Source: Candidatus Lokiarchaeum ossiferum (GTDB lineage Archaea > Asgardarchaeota > Lokiarchaeia > Sigyniarchaeales > Promethearchaeaceae). Taken from it: a DNA stretch of 32,000 bases. Positions 25,701-32,000 of the stretch are shown here, in pieces. The DNA is taken from NCBI GenBank assembly GCA_025839675.1, contig CP104013.1, positions 3,540,001-3,572,000 of the forward strand, written 5' to 3'. Every line of letters begins with the position of its first letter. The first letter of the stretch is position 1. Under the pieces are notes generated by a model that saw only the letters and a list, made by a program, of their open reading frames with translations, ran no database searches and was not told where the DNA came from. The translations under genes and the position numbers were made by a program.

Positions 25701-26111
25701 TTTAGTTAAATAAGCCCAAGTTTTAATTGAATCCGAATATGAAATAATCTTTCGACTTCGATCTATAGTTTCAGTGATATTTAAGGAGAACAAAATCTTA
25801 ATTGCCGGAAGCAGAGGCATAATTTTCCCTTGAACCTGGCTTAATTTAAGGAATTTTGATGAGTCTTTTGGATTTATTTTTCCATTCTTTTTTGCTATTC
25901 GTAAAGAGCAAGATAAAAGTTTTGCAACTGGTACTTTTGGAAAAATTGTTGCCACTTCTTTCTCAATTTCTTCCAAAGAATCTGTTTGGGAATCCCACAA
26001 AAAAAAAAACCCGCTATCTGCTGGGAGTTTTTTTCCTTTTGTCAATAAGTGAAAATTACTACTTTTTCGGTTCCAGAAGTTCGGAGGAATGAACGTTAAA
26101 TCTAATGGCAT
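22782..26111 (-). CDS. SNF2-family helicase/translocase with a long N-terminal extension
   Basis: It is 1109 aa. The C-terminal half carries SNF2 motifs: [10 protein letters not shown] (I), DESQNIKN (II), [25 protein letters not shown] and [21 protein letters not shown]. The segment [15 protein letters not shown] resembles the SNF2-associated domain found just N-terminal of the core in prokaryotic homologues. Confidence 0.85.
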   Translation of the reverse strand: [1109 protein letters not shown]

Positions 26112-26730
26112 AAAGTAAAAATCTCCTAGTAGAGTGAATTTACTACGTCAAAAAAACTTTGGGCAAGGTTTATCAATAAAAGATCTGGACTTTTTAGAAT
26201 TGGATTTGATGGTTAGATATCAACTTTTTTCGACATATATACATTTTCAAGATTCTTTGGAAATATTCCGAAATGTTTTCAATCCAGAGTTTAAATATTC
26301 AAATGGAATTGATTGTTTGGTGCATTTTTGCAAAAAAAAAAAACTGCTTGAAAAACTGGAATTTTGTCGGGAACTATTGAATATCAATTCAATAGCGAAT
26401 TCCGCTTAAAATTGAAAATAATTTCATTTTAAACATTTATTTGAATCTCTAAATTAACATTTGCTTGGTTAATTTTAGCTTAAATTCTCCCCAATGTAGA
26501 AAAATTAGTTCCTCCACAAAAGATAAATTTCTATCAGAAGATACTATTTTTAGATTGCATTTCCACCAAATTAACAAAATCGGAAAGTTTTATCCATATT
26601 TTTATTAAATTTTTGGAATTTTTTTAATGACTTAAATAAAATATCCCAAGGCATCTCATCATGCTTACAACAAATATCTCACTCAGTAGATTTTTTGAAA
26701 ACTATTGAAAAAAAGAGGTTGTAAACTATT

Positions 26731-29700
26731 ATGAAATTTAAAAATGGGTTTATGAAAACTGCATCTATTTTTGCAATTCTGTTCGTTTCTTTACCAGCAT
26801 TCCAATTTTTCCTTCCATCTGCTAGTGCAGCGGGTGAATTTGATGATGCTTATGAAGAAAATGATGGTATTGCAGAAGCATGGGGATTTTCATATAATGA
26901 GGGATATATTTCCGGGTTGAATCAATCAGATGATGATTGGTATTATTATGATGTTAATCCACATGATAAAATCACCGTAAATATATATTATACTGAATCT
27001 GAAGCTATTATGAATGTATCTTTGTACAATAGTAGCGAAATTCTGTTGGCCACTGAAGTTGATATTGCATATGGCCACAAACGCGTTGAATTTACTAATA
27101 CACATGATCAAAATGAATTTGTGTATTTGAGAGTTTTTGGTAATAATAGTATGAAACTTTATGATTTACAAGCTAGTTTTGACTATGTTTTTGATCTAGA
27201 GCCTAATAACATCCTAGAAGATGCCTCAAAACTCCATTTCCCTGGCTTTTTCTCAGGTGGAATCCAAGAAAATGATGATTGGTTTGAAATTTGGGTAGAG
27301 GCAAATAAATCTCTTCACGTTTTCTTGAGAGACTGGTCTTATTCAAATAAAATTAATATCACTCTGTTTGATGGTACACATTCAATTATTGCAATTCCCT
27401 ATGAATCTTCTAGTGAAAATAATAAGCTCCAGTGGATAAATCCATTTAACTATGATACATCTGTATACTTACTTGTTAATGGTACAAATGAAAGTACTAA
27501 TTATGAATTGGACTTGGACTTAATCATTGATATCGAACCTAATAACATCCCATCAGAAGCAGTGGAATTACCCCATCCTGGGAATTATGATAATGGGATG
27601 GTTCAAGAAGGATATGATTATTACAAAATTTTCTTAGAAAATGGTGATTTTGTCAAATTTTATTTGAACAATCCAAATTATGGTTCTTATAATATCAATA
27701 TGACCTTATTGAATAGTTCCTTAGCACACGTATCTACTGGGTTTGATGAGTATTCTGATGGAAATGTATATCTTAACTATACTCATTATGGAGATGGTCA
27801 GTGGTACTATATTCTTATTGATGGAGATAATATGGGCGGATCCTATTCCCTCGAATTTTACTATTTAATTGATATTGAACCAAATAATGATTTTGGTAGT
27901 GCTAGTTTGATTTATTCTACTGGATTTTATGATCACAATTGGTTAGGGGAAGAAGATTGGTTCTGCTTCAACGTATCTTCAGGAGAAGAGATTGAAGTTC
28001 GTCTAAATGATTTGGGAAGTTCAGAACCGATGAGCTTTGAAATTTACAACTCAACTAATGATCTCTATATGACAAGTTGGGATAAAGATGGTGAGCAATA
28101 TGTTTCTTTAACAAACAATGATATTGGCCAGTTCTATTACATTCGGGTATATAGCTCGGGCATGTATATGGCGTATGGATATCAGTTGGAAATTCGATAC
28201 CCATTTCATGAGGCTGATGATGATTGGTTAGAAGAAAATGATGATCTTTCTTCAGCAACTTGGATCGGCCCATCTCATTATGATTTAATTCAAAAAGATG
28301 CTGATTGGTTCAATACAACAATACCAGGTGGTGATATGTTGGAAGTATCACTGAGTTTTAATGGGGCGAGTAATGATATTGATCTCTTCTTGTACGATCA
28401 ATATAACGCACTCCTAAACAGTTCTACTGGAATTGGAGATTGGGAACATGTGTCCTATTTTGCAGAATATACTATGAACGTAAGTTTCTTAGTCTCTGGA
28501 AATGGAAATGGAGAACCTTATTGTATGGATGTCAATTCGTATTACGTTGGGACAGGTCCAAGTGATGATTGGTTAGAAGAAAACGATGATCCTTATTCTG
28601 CCTCATGGATCGGACCATCCCACTATGATTTGATACAAATGGATAACGATTGGTTCAACACTACAATACCTGGAGGAGATATGTTAGAAATTTCCTTAAA
28701 TTTCAACGGATCGATAAATGATATGGATCTATATCTGTATGATCAATATGGGACTCTTCTAAACATGTCCACTGGAGCCGAAGACTGGGAAAAGGTGACC
28801 TACTATGCTGAAAACTCTCTGAATGTAAGTTTCCTTGTCGTGGGAGATAATAATGGAGAACCTTACAGTATGGATGTTTATTCTTACTATATTCCAATGG
28901 GATCCTCTGATGATACACTTGAAGAGAACGATAACCAAGAACAAGCTGCTTGGATCACTAGTGGATATTACTCCGATCTTTATCAAGGAGATGAAGATTG
29001 GTATAACATATCTGTTTCTCTTGGCAGTGTATTAGAGGTAGAATTGTGGTTTAATGGGTCTTCTAATGATGTTGATTTCGAATTGTTCAATTCTTTCGGA
29101 GATACTGTCGGAGGTTCGTACTCTGCTTCAGATTATGAGTCATTTATCTTTCGTAATATGCAAGAATCGCAAATCATTTCAATCAAAGTTTATGGTTATA
29201 ACAATTTCGAGCCATACACTATGAATATTGACATCTATCCAGATTCGGATGATTGGATGGAAGACAACGATTTTAATAATCAAGCTCACTTCCTTTATTT
29301 GCCATTTGAAGGAGAGAATTTACGTAACTTCGATGATGATTGGTATGAATTTCATTTAGAAACCAATGATGTTGCAGATATTTATTTTGATCTAATTGAT
29401 GCATCTTATCCACTTCAGGTTGAGATCTGGACACAGAGTTGGGAATTGATCTTCAATGTAACTGTTACTGGACCTCATACAATTTCTGTTGAAGCTAATT
29501 ACAATCCATCCGATTACTTCATGAGAGTATCCGGATATAATCTGGGAGAAATTTATAATTTAGAAATTTTTCTGAATGGACTAAGTGTAAACAGTGATGA
29601 TTGGTTTGAACCAAATGACTATCCAGTTGAATCTACAGATCTTCTGTTACCTTTCGAAGATTGGGGTTTAAGAAGCTTCAACGAAGATTGGTACGATATC

Positions 29701-31410
29701 GATCTTGCTGGTGGGGATTACATTGATATCTTTATATGGAATTCTAATCCCACTGATAATCTCCGACTTGTTGTATTTGATCCATCTTGGACTGAAATTA
29801 AAAATCAAACAATCTATGCCGATTCAAACGGTCCTATCTATATTAATCCCGCCGAATCTGGTACGTATTATATTTTGATAACCAGTGATTCTAATGATTT
29901 CTTCGGGAATCATTATGATCTTCGAATTGATTTAAACGGTGAACGATTCAATGATGATGATTGGGCAGAAGAAAATGATGTGCAGACTAATTCCCATCAA
30001 CTTTCTAACAATAATTACTACTCAGATTTAGTTTGCATGGATGATGATTGGTTTTACTTTGGGCCTATCTTAAGTCAAGAAACTCTTAGTGTGGAATTAC
30101 GCTACGATACAGTCAATAATCTTGTCATCGAATTATTTGATGGCACTGGGGCATATCATGGATTTCAAGTAGATGATCAAACTTGGGGAAAACTGCTCAC
30201 TTGGACTGCAGGAGGATACTTCTCTACCGCGTATTTATTGATCAGTGGAGACTTTAATACACCTTACTCCCTTGATTTGAGAGTTAGCACTACTATTAGT
30301 GATGATTGGGCGGAAGAAAACGATGATATTTCATCGGCAAAAGATCTCTCAATCAATCGTCATAATGGTCTCATTCAAAACGATATGGATTGGTATAAAA
30401 TATGGTTAGAGCCAAATGATCTGCTCGATATTATATTAGAATATGATAACGCCCTCCCTGGTTTATGGATGGATTTAGATTTATATGAATGGAGTTCAAC
30501 AGCAGAATCTTTGCTGGTCTCGGGAACAAATGATAATGGGAAAAATATATTATCTTATACAAATGAGAATCTTGCAAAATATGTCTATATTCGAGTAAAT
30601 GGTCCAAATAATGGAGATTGGTATGATTTAGATCTTACTTTGAATCCAAGTACTTCACCTGAAGAACCTTCTCTGGATTGGGTTGCTTATACATCTGGGG
30701 ATTTTGCTGAATGGGATGCTACCGTTGAAATTTTTAATGAAGGTGGAAATTCAACTCTATTTGAAGGTTCCCTCCGGGGTGATATTACTGATGTTCAATT
30801 AGGTGAACACTCTGTGATAGTGAGTTCTAATATGCAATGGTCCAATATTCCTACGGAGTATTTACAAGGATGGATCACTGGGGCTTATAACTTTGATATT
30901 GAAGGTGATGGATTTGCTTATCCCGCATATTTTGGATTCGCATCCGTTTTTGTTGGCGATGGGTTCCATTATAGCGATACCCAAAAAATTTTCACTAACA
31001 TCTTTGACACTAGTTATGATATTCTGGATGACGGGCGGACCTTAGAAGTGGAATATAATCCAAGTGAGGGACCTTACTATAAGATGCGAGTAACTTATAC
31101 GGAAGACGGTTTCTTGAAGGAAATATCTATCGAAGGGGATTTTGTTGATGCTGTGGGAAATATTTTTGCCTATGGAAAAATTCACTTACTTTTAAGCAGT
31201 TCCTCAGTTGTTGAAGAAATAAAAACCGACGATACAATGACGAACTCTACAGATGATGGGAATGGAACGGGTGCGGATAGCAATCCATTTAGTGGATTTG
31301 ATCTTAGCAGTATCCCAGGTTTTCCAGCTGAAATCATTGGAGGCGTTCTTGGTCTTACCATCATTGCAATGATTGTGGCAGTAAAAAAGAAATCGAAAAA
31401 AGTGTTTTAA
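26731..31410 (+). CDS. secreted, probably N-glycosylated surface protein with 11 tandem PPC-like (pre-peptidase C-terminal type) modules and a PGF-CTERM anchor
   Basis: It is 1559 aa. The N-terminal signal peptide is MKFKNGFMKTASIFAILFVSLPAFQFFLPSASA|A. Repeated ~105-120-aa modules carry the signature [DE]xN[DN]...D.DW[YF]...Y.L. The sequence holds many N-x-S/T sequons. The C-terminus IPGFPAEIIGGVLGLTIIAMIVAVKKKSKKVF contributes the PGF motif, a TM helix and a basic tail. The SD GAGGT lies upstream. Confidence 0.8.
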   Translation: MKFKNGFMKTASIFAILFVSLPAFQFFLPSASAAGEFDDAYEENDGIAEAWGFSYNEGYISGLNQSDDDWYYYDVNPHDKITVNIYYTESEAIMNVSLYNSSEILLATEVDIAYGHKRVEFTNTHDQNEFVYLRVFGNNSMKLYDLQASFDYVFDLEPNNILEDASKLHFPGFFSGGIQENDDWFEIWVEANKSLHVFLRDWSYSNKINITLFDGTHSIIAIPYESSSENNKLQWINPFNYDTSVYLLVNGTNESTNYELDLDLIIDIEPNNIPSEAVELPHPGNYDNGMVQEGYDYYKIFLENGDFVKFYLNNPNYGSYNINMTLLNSSLAHVSTGFDEYSDGNVYLNYTHYGDGQWYYILIDGDNMGGSYSLEFYYLIDIEPNNDFGSASLIYSTGFYDHNWLGEEDWFCFNVSSGEEIEVRLNDLGSSEPMSFEIYNSTNDLYMTSWDKDGEQYVSLTNNDIGQFYYIRVYSSGMYMAYGYQLEIRYPFHEADDDWLEENDDLSSATWIGPSHYDLIQKDADWFNTTIPGGDMLEVSLSFNGASNDIDLFLYDQYNALLNSSTGIGDWEHVSYFAEYTMNVSFLVSGNGNGEPYCMDVNSYYVGTGPSDDWLEENDDPYSASWIGPSHYDLIQMDNDWFNTTIPGGDMLEISLNFNGSINDMDLYLYDQYGTLLNMSTGAEDWEKVTYYAENSLNVSFLVVGDNNGEPYSMDVYSYYIPMGSSDDTLEENDNQEQAAWITSGYYSDLYQGDEDWYNISVSLGSVLEVELWFNGSSNDVDFELFNSFGDTVGGSYSASDYESFIFRNMQESQIISIKVYGYNNFEPYTMNIDIYPDSDDWMEDNDFNNQAHFLYLPFEGENLRNFDDDWYEFHLETNDVADIYFDLIDASYPLQVEIWTQSWELIFNVTVTGPHTISVEANYNPSDYFMRVSGYNLGEIYNLEIFLNGLSVNSDDWFEPNDYPVESTDLLLPFEDWGLRSFNEDWYDIDLAGGDYIDIFIWNSNPTDNLRLVVFDPSWTEIKNQTIYADSNGPIYINPAESGTYYILITSDSNDFFGNHYDLRIDLNGERFNDDDWAEENDVQTNSHQLSNNNYYSDLVCMDDDWFYFGPILSQETLSVELRYDTVNNLVIELFDGTGAYHGFQVDDQTWGKLLTWTAGGYFSTAYLLISGDFNTPYSLDLRVSTTISDDWAEENDDISSAKDLSINRHNGLIQNDMDWYKIWLEPNDLLDIILEYDNALPGLWMDLDLYEWSSTAESLLVSGTNDNGKNILSYTNENLAKYVYIRVNGPNNGDWYDLDLTLNPSTSPEEPSLDWVAYTSGDFAEWDATVEIFNEGGNSTLFEGSLRGDITDVQLGEHSVIVSSNMQWSNIPTEYLQGWITGAYNFDIEGDGFAYPAYFGFASVFVGDGFHYSDTQKIFTNIFDTSYDILDDGRTLEVEYNPSEGPYYKMRVTYTEDGFLKEISIEGDFVDAVGNIFAYGKIHLLLSSSSVVEEIKTDDTMTNSTDDGNGTGADSNPFSGFDLSSIPGFPAEIIGGVLGLTIIAMIVAVKKKSKKVF
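26839..30642 (+). repeat. array of 11 divergent tandem coding repeats (PPC-like modules)
   Basis: Module starts are FDDAYEENDG, FDLEPNN, IDIEPNN, IDIEPNN, DDDWLEENDD, SDDWLEENDD, SDDTLEENDN, SDDWMEDND, SDDWFEPND, DDDWAEEND and SDDWAEENDD. Modules 5 and 6 (28213-28560 and 28561-28905) are the closest pair, with a 345-nt period. Confidence 0.8.
31312..31407 (+). other. PGF-CTERM archaeosortase-type sorting signal
   Basis: The PGF motif (31315-31323) is followed by a hydrophobic helix and KKKSKK. It is preceded by a T/D/G/N/S-rich linker (TDDTMTNSTDDGNGTGADSNPFSG). Confidence 0.65.
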
Positions 31411-31411
31411 A

Positions 31412-31431
31412 TTTTTTTACCTCAATTTTTT
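31412..31431 (+). terminator. T7 and T6 tracts after the surface-protein gene
   Basis: The sequence taaa-ttttttt-acctcaa-tttttt-aaa lies directly after the stop. Confidence 0.4.
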
Positions 31432-31455
31432 AAATTATTTCTATATTTTCATCAC

Positions 31456-31953
31456 TTAAGTTTGTAAATTGTTGATGTCTAACACATTAATTTGCACCAG
31501 AGTTTCAGGATCTACTTCTTCCTCTTCCTCTTCATATTCAATTCCTTCTTCACTCTCATTTTCTCCTCCCTCTGATTCCTCTTCTTCTTCATATTCTTCT
31601 TCCGCCTCTCCTTCTTCTTCATCTTCATATTCGTATTCGGGATATTCTGGATCTGCAGGAAAAGTTATTTCGAGAATTTTTGCCTTAGCTACTTTATCAT
31701 CCTTTTCACTGGTGGTACATATGGAAATAGATTGATTCTCCCAAAGTAAAGTATGGCCCTCTTTGCTAAAATCATTGCTGGAAACCATCATTCCGTTTAC
31801 TTCTTCCGTGATCAATTCATTCGCCTTCATAAAAGCAGAAAAAATGGTTTCATTGAAGCTATACCCTTTCTTCTTTGCGATCTTTTTAATGGGATTTTTC
31901 TTCAAACGGGCATTAGGTTGATTTAGAATAAATTGAAGGGCATAAGAGTCCAT
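31456..31953 (-). CDS. hypothetical protein with a long poly-acidic (E/Y-rich) C-terminal tract
   Basis: It is 165 aa. The N-terminal ~105 aa looks globular with a basic patch (KKNPIKKIAKKKG). The acidic tract follows: PEYPEYEYEDEEEGEAEEEYEEEEESEGGENESEEGIEYEEEEEEVD. Confidence 0.6.
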   Translation of the reverse strand: MDSYALQFILNQPNARLKKNPIKKIAKKKGYSFNETIFSAFMKANELITEEVNGMMVSSNDFSKEGHTLLWENQSISICTTSEKDDKVAKAKILEITFPADPEYPEYEYEDEEEGEAEEEYEEEEESEGGENESEEGIEYEEEEEEVDPETLVQINVLDINNLQT

Positions 31954-32000
31954 TTTTTTGGCTGAAATATGCGGAGAATGCTTTATTTCTGATAGCAGAA

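Noticed and set aside
21767-26111. Calling the SNF2/SWIM pair an antiviral defence system.
   Set aside because: No nuclease, methyltransferase, PLD, DUF1998 or other defence-associated partner is adjacent. The flanking genes are housekeeping. The idea is kept only as a hypothesis in the findings.
26134-26409. A 91-aa GTG-initiated ORF lies in the SNF2/surface-protein intergenic region.
   Set aside because: It has no SD and no recognisable motif, and it lies in a promoter-rich divergent spacer. I treat it as non-coding, with low certainty.
31469-31735. An 88-aa Ser-rich plus-strand ORF.
   Set aside because: It is the reverse-complement reading of the GAA/GAG-rich acidic tail of the 31456..31953 gene, so it is an artefact of low complexity.
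1-32000. A search for tRNA/rRNA genes, CRISPR arrays, transposases, integrases and terminal inverted repeats.
   Set aside because: I saw no cloverleaf-like GC-rich segments, regularly spaced direct repeats or recombinase motifs by eye in any intergenic region or ORF. A covariance-model scan (tRNAscan/Infernal) would be needed to be certain.

Overview
This is a visibly AT-rich chromosomal segment that looks archaeal. The evidence is a Sec61/SecY-type translocon, a DUF106/Oxa1-family insertase, an archaeal/eukaryal-type TrpRS, a PGF-CTERM surface protein, and oligo-T tracts after most genes. An Asgard/Lokiarchaeia-like origin is only a guess based on composition and protein style. The core (1.7-14 kb) is a complete branched-chain amino-acid (BCAA) cluster, leuA-cimA-ilvB-ilvN-ilvC-ilvD-leuC-leuD-leuB. 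The main discovery candidate is three short ORFs missing from the ORF track, lying just upstream of leuA, cimA and ilvB. Their C-terminal codon runs are Leu-rich, Ile-rich and Ile/Leu/Val-rich respectively, so each matches the product of the pathway it precedes. Each run ends at the stop codon and is followed directly by mutually exclusive RNA pairings that reach the Shine-Dalgarno (SD) site of the downstream gene. This is the logic of bacterial ribosome-mediated attenuation, which to my knowledge is not established in archaea. ilvB also appears to start at a non-AUG (AUU) codon behind an SD-sequestering hairpin. The rest of the window holds a periodic CxxC zinc protein divergent from clpB, then trpS, secY plus a DUF106 insertase, a translationally coupled SNF2-helicase/SWIM-zinc-finger pair, a 1559-aa secreted protein with 11 tandem PPC-like modules and a PGF-CTERM anchor, and several hypothetical proteins. 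I saw no tRNA, rRNA, CRISPR array or transposase.
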